From: an uncultured Chloroflexia bacterium
GTDB lineage: Bacteria > Chloroflexota > Anaerolineae > CG2-30-64-16
Assembly (NCBI GenBank): GCA_963810095.1
Contig: CAWEMM010000006.1
Coordinates: 256,001-320,000 of the forward strand
DNA length: 64,000 nucleotides
Reading direction: 5' to 3'
Shown: piece by piece, positions 32,198 to 43,897 of the stretch
Numbering within the stretch: position 1 is the stretch's first letter
Layout of the letters: each line of letters opens with the position of its first letter
Notes under the pieces: model-generated
The model's database searches: none
What the model saw: only the letters and a program-made list of their open reading frames with translations
Told to the model about the DNA's origin: nothing
Position numbers and translations under genes: made by a program

Positions 32198-33534
32198 ATG
32201 CGAGTTTACTTGGAAACGCTGGGCTGCCGGCTGAACTACGCCGAGATGGCCGCCCTGGGTCGGCAGCTGGCCGCGGCCGGGCACGAGCTGGCCGAGTCGG
32301 CGAGCGAAGCCGACCTGTGTGTGCTCAACAGCTGTGCGGTAACGGGCGAGGCGGCACGTCAAAGCCGCCAGCTGGCCCGCCAGATGGCGCGGCGCAAATC
32401 CTGCTTCGAAGCTGATCGTCACGGGCTGCTATGCCACCCTTGAAGGCGAAACGGTCGGCAAGCTGCCAAACGTCCAACTGGTCGTCGGCAACGCTCGCAA
32501 AGACGAGCTTCTTTCGGTCATCCGGGAACAGGTCGCCGCAAGCAGCGGGCTGGAGGACGGGAGCCCGGACGTCTCGCCCCTGCCCCCATCCCACGCCACG
32601 CCACACAGCCGGACGCGCGCTTTTGTGAAGGTGCAAGACGGCTGCCGGAATAAGTGCACGTTTTGCATCGTAACCGTGGCCCGCGGCGACGAGCACAGTC
32701 GCGCCATTCCCGAGATCGTCGCCGAAGTGCGCAGCCTCCACGAGGAGGGCTACCAGGAGGCTGTCCTCACCGGCGTGCATCTCGGCGGCTACGGCTCGGA
32801 TCTGGGGCCCGGCCTTGCAGATCTCACCTCTGCTATCCTCGCCGGGACGGCGATACCCCGCCTGCGCCTCTCGTCGCTCGAGCCGTTTGACCTCCAGTCC
32901 GGCTTCTTCGACTTGTGGGCAACATCTGGGGGCCGCCTGATGCCGCACCTGCACCTGCCCGCGCAGTCGGGCAGCGACGCCGTGCTGAAGCGCATGGCGC
33001 GGCGCAACCGGGTGGCCGACTTCGAGCGGCTGGTCGAGGCGGCGCGCGCCGCAATCCCCGGCCTGGCCGTCACGACCGACCTGATCGTCGGGTTCCCGGG
33101 TGAGACCGAAAGCGATTTCGACGAGACCGTGCAGTTCGCCGAGCGGGCTCGGCTTCGCCCATATGCACATCTTCCCATACTCTGCCCGTCAAGGGACGGC
33201 CGCCGCACGCTTTAGCGGTCAAATCCCGGAGTCCGAGCGCAAGCGCCGGGTGCACCGGCTGACGGACCTGGACGCTCGCCTCGGTCATCAGGTGCACGCG
33301 TCTTTCGTCGGCCAAGTCCGTCCGGTCCTCTGGGAGAATGCGGCTGCTGAGACCCCCCGCGGCTTGTCTGAGGCCGCATCGGGCGACACCCGCCAGGTCA
33401 CGTGGTCAGGCTTGACCGACAACTACTTGCGGGTACGAATGACCCTCGATGCCGGTGTGGACCTCCACAACCGCATCACGAGCACTCATCTCGTGGGGCT
33501 CGACGGCGATGACTTGCTGGGCGCCCTGATTTAG
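32198..33534 (+). CDS. mtaB: tRNA methylthiotransferase MtaB-like radical SAM enzyme; frameshifts near 32400 and 33145
   Basis: ETLGCRLNYAE, NSCAVT, KVQDGCRNKCTFC, HLPAQSGSD, DLIVGFPGET, HIFPYSARQGT, GLTDNYLRV. Confidence 0.85.
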
Positions 33535-33551
33535 GATAGGAGCAACAACAG

Positions 33552-34007
33552 ATGACCCTCGAAGAACGCCTGGACGCGGACCTCAAGGACGCGATGCGCA
33601 GCGGCGACAACGTCAGCAAGCTGGCGATCCGGGCCGTGAAGACCTCGATCACCGAAGCGAAGGTGGCCGGCACGGAGCAGCGCGCGCTCACCGACGAAGA
33701 CGTGCTCCGGATCTTGCAGAAGCAGGTCAAGCAGCGCCGCGACAGCGTGGCCGAGTTTACCAAGGGCGGTCGTCCGGACCTGGCGGTCAAGGAAGAAGCC
33801 GAGATCGCCGTCCTCGAGAAGTACCTCCCCCAGCAAATGAGCGAGGACGAGATCCGCGTGCGGGCACAGGCCGTGATCGCGGAACTCGGCGTTACCGATC
33901 AAAAAGGCATGGGCCCGGTCATGAAGCGGCTCACGGCAGACCTGCGCGGCCAGGCCGACGGCACGACCGTCAGCCGGGTGGTGCGCGAACTACTCGCGGC
34001 GCAGTAG
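33552..34007 (+). CDS. yqeY: GatB/YqeY domain protein
   Basis: DLKDAMRSGD, KQVKQRRDS...GRPDLA..EEAEIAVLEKYLP. Confidence 0.92.
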   Translation: MTLEERLDADLKDAMRSGDNVSKLAIRAVKTSITEAKVAGTEQRALTDEDVLRILQKQVKQRRDSVAEFTKGGRPDLAVKEEAEIAVLEKYLPQQMSEDEIRVRAQAVIAELGVTDQKGMGPVMKRLTADLRGQADGTTVSRVVRELLAAQ

Positions 34008-34022
34008 AAATCCAAGACGCTC

Positions 34023-36260
34023 ATGAGCGATGCCGCGCCCGACGCACCCATCGTGACGCCTAATGGGCCGCTCCAGGGGGAAGACATTCCCTGGAACGCC
34101 CGGCTGCGCGTCCTGCTCGTGTGGCTGGCGCTCCTCGTCTTCATCACCTTCGTCCTCGTGGTGCGATTACCCCTCACCGGGCAAGTTACGCTTGACGTAG
34201 GAGACGTTGCAGGCCGCGACGTCGTCGCACCCCGCCAGGTGACCTACGTCAGCGAGCTCCAGACCGAGCAGCGGCGGGAGATGGCCGCGAACGCGGTCGG
34301 CGAGGTGTACGATCCCCCACAGGCCCGCATCGGCCGGCAGCAACTCACCCTTGCCGGGCAGATTCTCGACTACATCAACACGGTGCGGGCAGACAGTTTT
34401 GCCGATCTCAGCCGCCAAGGCCGCGGCCATCAAATCCATCCAGGGCGTGGACCTCCCGGACAGCGTCGTCGATCGCATCGTGACTTTGCCGGGGCCCGCC
34501 TGGGAATCGGTGGCAACCGAAATCCAGGTCGTCCTCGAACGGGCGATGCGCGAGGAGGTCCGAGAGAACACCCTGGCCGACGAGCGCCGGAAGGTAGCCG
34601 CCCGCGTGCGGCTCGACCTGCCCGACGAGGACGCCGCGGTCGTCACGGATGTGGTCCAGGACCTGCTGGTGCCCAATAGCTTCTACAACCCGGAGCGCAC
34701 GACGCAGCGCCGGCAGGAGGCACGTGACGCGGTCGAACCCGTGACGCAGACGTTCGAACGCAACGAAGTGATCCTGCGGGCAGGCGACATCGTGACGGCG
34801 CCGGACATCGAGGCGCTGCAAGCGCTGGGCTTGCAACAGCGGACCTGGTCGTGGCTGGAGTTTGCCAGCGCAGCAGGTTTTGCGCTCCTGCTGAGCGTCA
34901 TCTTGCTCTACTACCTATGGCGGATGGAGCCGCAGCTGTGGTTCCGGCGCAGCGAGGTGCTGCTCCTCGGGCTGGTGCTTGCGGTGTTCGTGCTGAGCGC
35001 GAAGCTGGCCATCCCCGTCCGGACGGTCGCACCCTATATCTTCCCGTACGCGGCCCTGACGATCATCCTGTCCATCGCGCTCAATCCCCGGCTCGCCATC
35101 GTCGCCACTGCCCTCTTCACCCTGGTCATCGGATACCTCACCGGCGGCAGCGTCGAGCTCATGACCTACGCGTTGGCGGGCAGCTTGATCGGCATGCTGA
35201 AGGTGCGCCGCGGCGACCGGCTCGCAAGCTTCGCATGGGGTGTGCTCTATATCGCCGTCGTGAACCTGTTTACCGTGCTGGCATTCCGGCTTCCCTCCGG
35301 CCAGTGGGACTGGCGCGGGCTGCTCGAGTTGAGCACGGCGGCGGTGGGCAACGCGCTTGCCGCCATGACGGTCACCATTGCCGGCGCTCTACCTGCTGGG
35401 TGCGCTATTTGGCATCACGACCACCTTGCAGCTGCTCGAGATTTCGCGACCCACGCACCCCCTGCTGCGCCAGTTGCTGCTCAAGGCGCCGGGCACGTAT
35501 CACCACACCCTGATTGTCAGCAACATGGCCGAACGCGCCGCAGAGGCCATCGGCGCGGACGCCCTGCTCACCCGTGTCGGCGCGTATTATCACGATGTGG
35601 GCAAAACGATCCGGCCCTACTTCTTCGTGGAAAACCGGACGGAAGGCGCCGACCCGCACGCCCGGCTCGATCCTTACACCAGCGCGCAGATCATCGTCAC
35701 GCACGTGAAGGACGGCATCGACCTGGCGCGCAAGTACCGGCTCCCCAAGCGCATCATCGACTTCATCCCCGAGCATCAGGGCACCCTGTTGGTGTCCTAT
35801 TTCTATCACCAGGCAGTGCAGCAGGCGGGCGGGGCCGACAAGGTCGACAAGACGCAGTTCCAGTACCCCGGCCCCAGGCCGCGCAGCCGCGAGACCGCCC
35901 TGACGATGCTGGCCGACGGCGCAGAAGCGACCGTGCGCTCGCGGCGCCCGGCTTCGATCGAGGAACTGGACCATATCGTCGGCGAGAGCATCCAGAGCCG
36001 GGTGCTGTCGGGCCAATTGGACGAGTGTCCGCTGACCCTGTGCCGACCTGGCTGCCATCCGCCGGGCGTTCGTCGACGTGCTGCGCGGGCTGCACCATCC
36101 GCGAGTCGCCTATCCCGGCGAGGCGGCAGCGGCCGCTGCGCCCGTGTCCGCAGTTCCGCTGGGCTCGGCGCCTTCGGCGCCCGGCAGCAGCGATGAGACG
36201 CAGGAGGAACCGAGTGAGCCAGTCTCAGAAGCGATCAACGGGAACCAGCCCGCTTTCTGA
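34023..36260 (+). CDS. 7TM-HD (HDIG) phosphohydrolase, PgpH-like cyclic-dinucleotide phosphodiesterase; frameshifts near 34410, 35385 and 36040
   Basis: Extracellular 7TMR-HD domain, TM block, [47 protein letters not shown]. Confidence 0.88.
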
Positions 36261-36268
36261 CGCAGACG

Positions 36269-36769
36269 ATGCCCGCTGTCGACGATGTCGACGAAGCAGG
36301 CGCGGAGATGTCGAGCGACCCCGACGCGGCGATCGTCGTCGAGGTCGACGACGAGTTTGCAGACCGGGTGAATGGCGCGGACCTGGTGGCGGCAGTCGAG
36401 GCAGCGCTCGAAGCAGAGGGGCGCTCAGGCGAAGTGACCGTGGTCATCACGACCGACGAGGCGGTGGCCGAGCTCAACCTGCAGTACCGCGAGACCGATG
36501 GTCCGACCGACGTCCTGTCGTTCCCTGCGCAAGACCCCACCCCCGGATTTGTCTCCGCGCCCGAGATGGCTTCGTACCTGGGCGACATCATCATTGCGCT
36601 GCCCTTCACCGAGCGGCAAGCGGCCAGCCTCAACCGGCCGCTGCAGGCCGAACTCCGCCTCCTCGCGGTTCACGGCACACTCCACCTGCTTGGATACGAC
36701 CACGCGGAGCCCGTCGAAGAGGCTGACATGTGGGCGAGGCAAGATGCGGTCCTTGCGCGCCTTCCTTAA
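36269..36769 (+). CDS. ybeY: rRNA maturation RNase YbeY
   Basis: LNLQYRETDGPTDVLSF, YLGDIII, HGTLHLLGYDH. Confidence 0.95.
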   Translation: MPAVDDVDEAGAEMSSDPDAAIVVEVDDEFADRVNGADLVAAVEAALEAEGRSGEVTVVITTDEAVAELNLQYRETDGPTDVLSFPAQDPTPGFVSAPEMASYLGDIIIALPFTERQAASLNRPLQAELRLLAVHGTLHLLGYDHAEPVEEADMWARQDAVLARLP

Positions 36770-37119
36770 GAGCTTCGTCTACGCGAGCCAAGGCATCGCG
36801 CACGGGTTCCGCACTCAGCGCAACATGCGGGTGGAACTCGGTATCGCCGATCGTCGTCATCCTCGCCGGCATCGCCTTTCGCATCGCTCCCGTCGAATGG
36901 GCCGTGATCTTCGTGTGCATCGGCCTCGTGCTCAGCGCCGAACTGATCAACACCGTGACCGAGCTGGCGGTGGATCTGCTGACGCAGCGATATCACCCGA
37001 TGGCGAAGCTTGCGAAGGATGCCGGCGCGGGCGCGGTGCTGATCGCCGCGCTGGCGTCGGTGGCTGTCGGCATTGCGATATTCGGGCCGCGGCTGTGGCG
37101 GCTGTTCTTCGGAGGTTGA
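36744..37119 (+). CDS. dgkA: Diacylglycerol/undecaprenol kinase (prokaryotic DgkA); frameshift near 36849
   Basis: SFVYASQGI...QRNMRV joined to VLSAELINT..E..VDL...AKLAKDAGAGAVL. Confidence 0.88.
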
Positions 37120-37122
37120 TGA

Positions 37123-38125
37123 ATGGCTCAGATGACGCGCCGCGAGCGCCTGGCGGCAACGGTGGCGGGCGAACCGGTCGATCGCACGGCGGTGGCCCTC
37201 TGGCGGCACTTTCCCGGCGACGATCAGCGGCCGGCCGACCTGGCCGCCGCGACCCTCATGTGGCAACAGCAGTGGGACTGGGACTTCATCAAGGTCTCGC
37301 CGGCCAGCAGTTTCTGCCTGCTCGACTGGGGTGCGGGGGATCGCTGGGTTGGCGGCGATGAAGGCAACCGGGAGTACACCCGCCGGGTCATCACAGAGCC
37401 CGAGGATTGGACGCGGCTGCGGCCGCTCGATCCAGGCAGCGGCGCGCTCGGCGCGGCAGATCGAGTGCCTGCGCCGCATTGCGGACGGAGCCGGCAGCGA
37501 AGTTCCGTTCCTCCAGACGGTCTTCAGCCCGCTCGCCCAGGCGAAGAACCTCGCCGGGCAAGAACGCCTGATCGTGCACCTGCGCCAGTCGCCGGACGCG
37601 GGTGCGGGCCGGGCTGCAGGTGATTGCCGAGACGACCCTGCGCTTCCTCGAGGCGGCGAAGGCGACGGGGATTGCGGGCATCTACTATGCGGTCAGCTGG
37701 CAAATTATGGCTTGTTGAGCGAGGCAGAGTATCGCGAGTTCGGCGAGCCGTACGACCGGCGCATCCTGCGGGAGGCGGGCGACCTGCTCGTTCAACATGG
37801 TCCACCTGCACGGCCCGGACGGGATGTTCGACCTGGTGGCGGAGTATCCCGCGCAGGCGCTGAACTGGCACGACCGCGAGTCAGGGCCGTCGCTGCGCGA
37901 CGGGGCAGGCTGCGCTTCGGGGGCGCGGTCTGCGGCGGGCTGGAGCACTGGGAGCACCTGCTGCGCGGCGAACCGGACCAGATCCGCCGGCTGGTGGCGG
38001 ATGCTATCGCACAGACCGGCGGCCGGCGCCTGATCGTCTCGTCGGGATGCGTCGCACCCGTCAATGCGCCGTTCTCGAACCTGCGCGCCGTGCGCCAGGC
38101 CGTCGAGGACGCTCCGGGTGTGAGG
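37123..38125 (+). CDS. Uroporphyrinogen decarboxylase/MtaA-like family protein; several frameshifts, 3' end approximate
   Basis: MTRRERL..TVAGEPVDR..VALWRHF, QTVFSPL, HLHG, NWHDR, LIVSSGCV. Confidence 0.78.
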
Positions 38126-38131
38126 GGGATT

Positions 38132-38217
38132 AACCACAAAGACACAAGGACTCAAAGCCGCGCAGAGCTCCGACTGAGGAGACTTCGTGTACCTTTGCGT
38201 CTTCGTGCCTTTGTGGT
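38132..38217. repeat. REP-like inverted repeat, family A
   Basis: aaccacaaagacacaaggactcaaag ... ctttgcgtcttcgtgcctttgtggt. Confidence 0.72.
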
Positions 38218-38228
38218 CAGGGGAACGC

Positions 38229-38745
38229 ATGGATAGAACTTACCTGTTTTGCCCGCACTGCTCGGCGCCGCTCGCCCAGGGCGAGAAGTTCGGCCGCACG
38301 CGCCGCTACTGCCGCTACTGCGGTTTCATCCATTTCGTCGAGCCGAAGGTGGCGGTGGCCGCGCTGGTCAGCGACGGCGATCACGTCCTGCTCGTGCGGC
38401 GCAGCGCCATCCCGCGCATCGGCTATTGGGCGCTGCCGGCGGGATATATGGACGCGGACGAACTTCCCGAAGAGGCGCTGGTGCGCGAGGTGGCCGAGGA
38501 AACCGGGCTGGCCGTGCGGGTGACCGGCGCTCGAGGCGTCGCACCCCTGGCAGGGTGGCAGGAGCGGCGGGGCATCCTGCTGCTGTACCGGGCACCGCGG
38601 GCGGAGCGGCGAGGGGACGCCGGCGCCGTCGCCGGCGACGACGTCAGCGAGGCGCGCTGGTTTCGCCGCGACGAGATGCCCTGGGACCGAGTTGGCCTTC
38701 GAATCGACTGCCGAGCTGGTCGGCCGGGTGGGCCGAAAGGTCTAG
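38229..38745 (+). CDS. NUDIX hydrolase with N-terminal zinc ribbon; frameshift near 38688
   Basis: FCPHCS...YCRYCG; Nudix box GYMDADELPEEALVREVAEETG; WDELAF after the shift. Confidence 0.88.
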
Positions 38746-38852
38746 CCGAGCAGAGACCGTCGGAGCAAACAGCCGGTAGCCGTCGCCGCCGCCCTGTCAC
38801 GCACAAACTGCACGCCGTCAACCCAGATCTCCGTCCGGCTGCGGTGTCCGCG

Positions 38853-40651
38853 TCATTCTGCGAAGTAAACACGAGATTCAACCGGCCCGGCCGCCCGCAG
38901 CGCCGCCAGGTCCGCGGCGCTCCAGCGGTAGATATAGTGGTCCCAGTCCAGCCCGCCGGAGACCGTGTCTGCCGTGTTGCCGGTGCGCAGCAGCTCGCGC
39001 ACGGCGCCTACCATCGCTCGACGCGCCATTCGGCCGTGAACCAGTCGTCGAACGGCCATGCCGGCGACGAGCCGCGGCCGTAGTCCTGGGCGTCGATCCG
39101 GTAATCGAAGCGCAGGATCGCTGCGTTAGCCGCCTCGGGGATGGAAACGGTCTGCGTGACGACGCCGCGTGCCGAAGGCCCGCCCGCGAAGTAGCAGCGA
39201 CGCGGCTCCCGACGTCACCGTACCGGTTACCACCGCTGCAGCCGTTCCCGAAGCTTGCCAATCGCTCAGCCCCGCCTCGAACCCCCCGTTGCTCATCAGC
39301 TCGGTGCACCCTGGAGATCGATATCCTGCCCCGGTCCAGGCGCCGGGATCGGCGGCGGCGGCTCGCCAGCCGGCGTGGCGGCCAGCGCGCGGCCGGCATT
39401 GATGCGCCCGGCGCCGAAATAGATATCGCGGCCCGGGGTCCCAGGTCGTCGGCCGTGCTTTCGATGATCGCCCGCACCTGGTCGGGGGTGAGGTCCGGAT
39501 TGCGGCTCAGGATCAGCGCGGCCAGGCCCGACACGTGCGGCGTTGCCATGCTGGTGCCGCTCATGTAGCCGTAGCCTTCGGCGTAATCTCGGGCGGCTTC
39601 GTCGAGTAGATGCTCGAGCCCGGCGCGGCCACGTCGACCCAGTCGCCCCGGGTCGAGAAGGAAGACAGGTTGTCGTTCGCCGTCGTCGATGCGACTGCGA
39701 TCGCGTGGACGTGCGCGGCCGGATAGTGGTACTCCTCCCGGCCGCTGTTGCCCGCCGCGGCGACCACCACGACGCCGTGCGAGTAGGCGTAGTCGACCGC
39801 CGCTTCTTCGCCCAGGCTGTAGCTGCTTGCGCCCAGGCTCATGTTGATGACCCGCGCGCCGTTATCGGTCGCGTAGATGATGGCCCGAATCAGCGCCTCG
39901 TAGGTGCCGATGCCATCCTGGAACACGTCGACCGGCATGATCGTGGCGCTGGCCGGCGATGCCCGGCAATCCCCATGCCGTTGTCGATCCGGGCGGCGGC
40001 GATGCCCGCGACATGGGTGCCGTGGCCGTGGTCGTCGTCAGCGGCTCGTTGTCGCCGTCGGCGAAATCCCAGCCGTGGACGTCGTCGACGAAGCCGTTGC
40101 CCTCGTCGTCGATCCCGTTGTCCGGGATTTCGCCGGGTTGGTCCAGATGCGCATCCCGCAGGTCCTCGTGGCCATGTCGACGCCGGTATCGAGCACCGCG
40201 ATCACGATTTCGGGCCGGCCCAGTGTAGCATCCCAGGCCGCGGGCGCGCCGATCCGCTGCAAGTACGGCTGCCTGGAAGGACGCATATCGGGATCGTTGG
40301 GCACGGCGTCGAGGCGGATCGTGTAGTTCGGCTCGGCCCACTCGACGCCGCCCGATTCGGCCAGGTCAGCGGCTGCCTGCGCAAGGGCTTCGCCGGCCGG
40401 CAGCCGACAAGCGCAAGGCCAAGCTCGGGAATCTCGCGCAGCACCCTGCCGCCGCCGGGCAGCAGCGCCGGGTGAGCACCCGGTGGCAGCTTGACGAGCA
40501 GTTCGGTTGGCGGCGTGCGGCGCGCTCCCAGCTGGAAGCCAGCGGACCGGGAGCGGGATGCAGGCGCGCGGACGGCCAGCGAAGGCGGTAGGAGTCAGGA
40601 GAACGCCGAGCGCAGGAGCGCGAGCGCAATCAGGGAGCGGAACATGGTCAT
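38853..40651 (-). CDS. Subtilisin-like S8 serine protease; many frameshifts, ends approximate
   Basis: Catalytic motifs in successive frames: VIAVLDTGVD, HGTHVAG, VINMSLG/AAAGNSG, SGTSMATPHVSG. Confidence 0.85.
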
Positions 40652-40660
40652 GGCGATGCC

Positions 40661-41956
40661 TCAATGGTAGTGTGACGTGCGGGGGCCGACCCCGCTGGCC
40701 AGCTGGCCCAGCGCTTCCGCCAGGTCGTCGCCGTTCTTTACCACGTAGGCTGCCAAGCCGCTGGCCTGGAGATCGGCAAGCGTCGGCGCCCAGTCAGGTG
40801 CGGGCCCGAACGTGCGGCCGGCCAGCAGAATGGCGACGCCGTGGACGCCGCGGGCGCGCAGGCCGCGCAGGACGGTGACCCACCGGCTGTCGGTGGAAGG
40901 CGTGATGACGATCAGCGTGGTGTGGCGCGCTAAGGTTGCGCCGTCGGTCGCCAGCGCCTCGGCGATGGGCAGCCGGCCGCGCGCCTGGATGACGGCCAGG
41001 ATTTCCAGCAGGCGGGTCAGCTGGCGCTCGCCGCGGTCGGGCTGCACGACCTCCCGCGTCTCTGCATAACTGAGGAAGCCGACTTCGCGGTCGGACTGCA
41101 GGAAGTGCTGGGCCAGCGACGCCGCGATGGTGACCCCGTACTCCACCGTGCTGGGCGGCAGCTCCATGTGCTCCACCCGCCGCGTCAGCCAGGGCATCAC
41201 CGTATCGTCGTCCGCCTCGTTCCAGGGCGCCTCGGCGTGCGCGTCCTCGTACATGTCGAGGAACATCCACACGTCGGCCAGCGGATCGAGCTCGAACTCC
41301 TTCGAAATCAGCCGGCCCGTGCGGGCGGTGGACGGCCAGTGGATGCGGTTGATGCTGTCGCCGGGCACGTAGTCGCGTACGCCCGAGACGCTCGACGTGA
41401 CGTAGGGCGTGCGCCGGTGAACCGACTCGCCGCCCGGCAGGTAGCCGGTGGGCGGGCTGAAGCCGGGCAGGTCGACGGTCGGCGGCGTGACCACCAGCGA
41501 GGCCGTGTCCGGGGTTTCCCGCGTGAAACCGGAAAATGCCCAGCGGGTCGCCGCTGGTCAGGGTCACCGGGCCAAGCGTGAAGCGCCCGCGGCGCCGGGC
41601 CAGCGTGCGAACCTGCCAGCGGGAGGTCGCGCCGCGGCCGAGCGAATTGACGACCCGGCTCACCTGGTGGCCGGGCAAGTCAGAGAAGTCGTGCACTTCG
41701 ACCCAAAGCTTCGGCCAGCGCGGAGCGGTTCACGAGTTCGAGCGTCTCCTCGAAGTACTTGCCGACCTGTGAGCGGTGCGTGCGCGTCGCGCGGCGCAGG
41801 CTCAGCCCGCGCTGGTTGAGCCACGCCCACAACAGCGAGACCACGATCACGCCGTGACACGAAGTACCAGAGATTGAAGGCCAGCGTCCGGCCGGATGCG
41901 AACGCGAAGACCGCGGTCACGATCCAGAGCAGGAAAATCGCCCAGGAACGTCGCAA
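40661..41956 (-). CDS. DUF58 domain protein; frameshifts
   Basis: [16 protein letters not shown]; [31 protein letters not shown]. Confidence 0.88.
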
Positions 41957-41974
41957 GTAACGTCTCCCTTCCCT

Positions 41975-42958
41975 CTAGCGTCGCGCGGATGCGCGTGCCG
42001 GGCACGGGCACCGACTGGGCGATCTGGTCGACCACGGCGCGAGCCTCGACGTTCTTGATGCGGGCCGAGGGGCTGATGATCAGGCGATGGGCGAAGGTCG
42101 CTTCGAGCAGGGCCTTGACGTCGTCCGGGATTACGTAGGTGCGCTCCTGCAGGGCCGCGTAGGCTCGGGCGGCCCGGAACAGGGCCAGGCTGCCGCGTGG
42201 GCTGACGCCCAGGTAGATGTCGGGGTGGCGCCGGGTGGCATTGGCCAGCTCGACGATGTATTCCTTGATCAGGTCGTCCGCGTAGATCTGGCGGGCTCGC
42301 GGCCTGCGCCTCGATCAGCTCCTCGGCCGAGACGACCTGGCCCAGATCCTGCAGCGGGTGGCGCTCGCGCTGCGATTCCAGCACCCGCATCTCGTCGGCC
42401 GGCGACGGGTAGCCCAGGCTGACGCGCATCATGAAGCGGTCGATCTGCGCTTCGGGCAGCGGGAAGGTGCCTTCGTACTCGATCGGGTTCTGCGTCGCCA
42501 GCACCAGGAAGGGCCGCTCCATCGGGTAGGTCCGGCCGTCCACGCTGACCTGCCGCTCTTCCATGGCCTCGAGCAGCGCCGACTGCGTCTTCGGCGTCGC
42601 CCGGTTGATCTCGTCGGCGAGCACGATCTGGGCCATGATCGGGCCGGGGCGGAACTCGAACTCGCGGTCCCGCTGGTTGAAGATCGACACGCCGGTCACG
42701 TCGCTGGGCAGCATGTCGGGCGTGAACTGGATGCGGCGGAACGAGCAGCCGATGGACTTGGCGATCGGCGCGCGCCAGCATCGTCTTGCCGACGCCCGGC
42801 ACGTCTTCGATCAGCAGATGGCCCTCGCACAGGAGGGCGATGAAGGTCATCTCCACTTCGCGGCGCTTGCCGAGGATGACCTTCTCGACATTCTGAACCA
42901 CGCGGTCCGCAAGGGAACCGATCACCTGGACGTTGGCGGCGGCTTGCGTATTATCCAT
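41975..42958 (-). CDS. moxR: MoxR family AAA+ ATPase; frameshifts near 42768 and 42295
   Basis: [57 protein letters not shown]. Confidence 0.93.
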
Positions 42959-43041
42959 GCGGTCAACTGACTCCTCTAGAGTGAAACAGAGAACGAATTA
43001 TACCCCGTCTGCCTGCTTATGACAACGACGACTCAGGACAC

Positions 43042-43118
43042 TCACCACAAAGACACGCAGATACGAAGGCACGAAGGCAGTGTCGTGACAGCCTCGGTGT
43101 CTATTGCGCCTTCGTGCG
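43042..43118. repeat. REP-like inverted repeat, family A
   Basis: tcaccacaaagacacgcagatacgaaggcacgaagg ... cctcggtgtctattgcgccttcgtg. Confidence 0.65.
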
Positions 43119-43218
43119 TAAGGCGCTCTGTGCGCTTGCTCACGGCACGTAAGCCGTGTAGAATCATGCCAGAGTTTAGGTATACGGCCCGTCATTGTAC
43201 TTACCAAGATCGGGAAAT

Positions 43219-43896
43219 ATGGCAGAACACATCCTGGTCATCGAAGACGACCCGCAGATCGCGGATTTGCTGCGCCGCGGCCTGATTTACGAGGGCTACT
43301 CGGTCAAGGTCGCGGGGGACGGCGCCGAAGGCTTGGCGGCCGCGCGCGACCGCCAGCCAGACCTCGTGCTGCTCGACCTCATGTTGCCCGGCATGGACGG
43401 CCTGACCGTGTGCCAACGCCTCCGTGCGGCAAGCGACGTGCCCATCCTGATCCTGACGGCCAAGGACGCGGTGCCCGACCGGGTCAAGGGACTGGATGCG
43501 GGCGCGGACGACTATGTCGTCAAGCCGTTTGCGTTCGACGAGCTGCTGGCCCGCATCCGGGCCCTGCTGCGCCGGCGACAGCCCGCCGCGGCCGAAGAAG
43601 CCCTGCGCTTCGCCGACCTCAGCCTGAACCCGGCCACGCACGAGGTCTACCGGGGCGCGCGCCGGGTCGAGCTGACCGCCCGCGAGTTCGAGCTGCTGAA
43701 CCTGTTCCTGCAGCACCCGCGCCAGGTTATCACCCGCGATACGCTCTACGACCGCATCTGGGGCTACGACTTCGGCGGCGAGTCGAACATCATCGAGGTC
43801 TACATCCGCTATCTTCGCTCGAAGCTCGAAGAAGGCGGCGAACCACGCCTGATCCAGACCGTCCGCGGGGTGGGTTACGCGCTAAGAGAAGAGTAA
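43219..43896 (+). CDS. OmpR/PhoB-family response regulator (MprA-like)
   Basis: [45 protein letters not shown]. Confidence 0.95.
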   Translation: MAEHILVIEDDPQIADLLRRGLIYEGYSVKVAGDGAEGLAAARDRQPDLVLLDLMLPGMDGLTVCQRLRAASDVPILILTAKDAVPDRVKGLDAGADDYVVKPFAFDELLARIRALLRRRQPAAAEEALRFADLSLNPATHEVYRGARRVELTAREFELLNLFLQHPRQVITRDTLYDRIWGYDFGGESNIIEVYIRYLRSKLEEGGEPRLIQTVRGVGYALREE

Positions 43897-43897
43897 C

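Noticed and set aside
38853-42958. S8 protease plus AAA ATPase as an IetAS-like defence pair
   Set aside because: The ATPase is a standard MoxR with its usual DUF58 partner, and the protease looks like an ordinary secreted subtilase.
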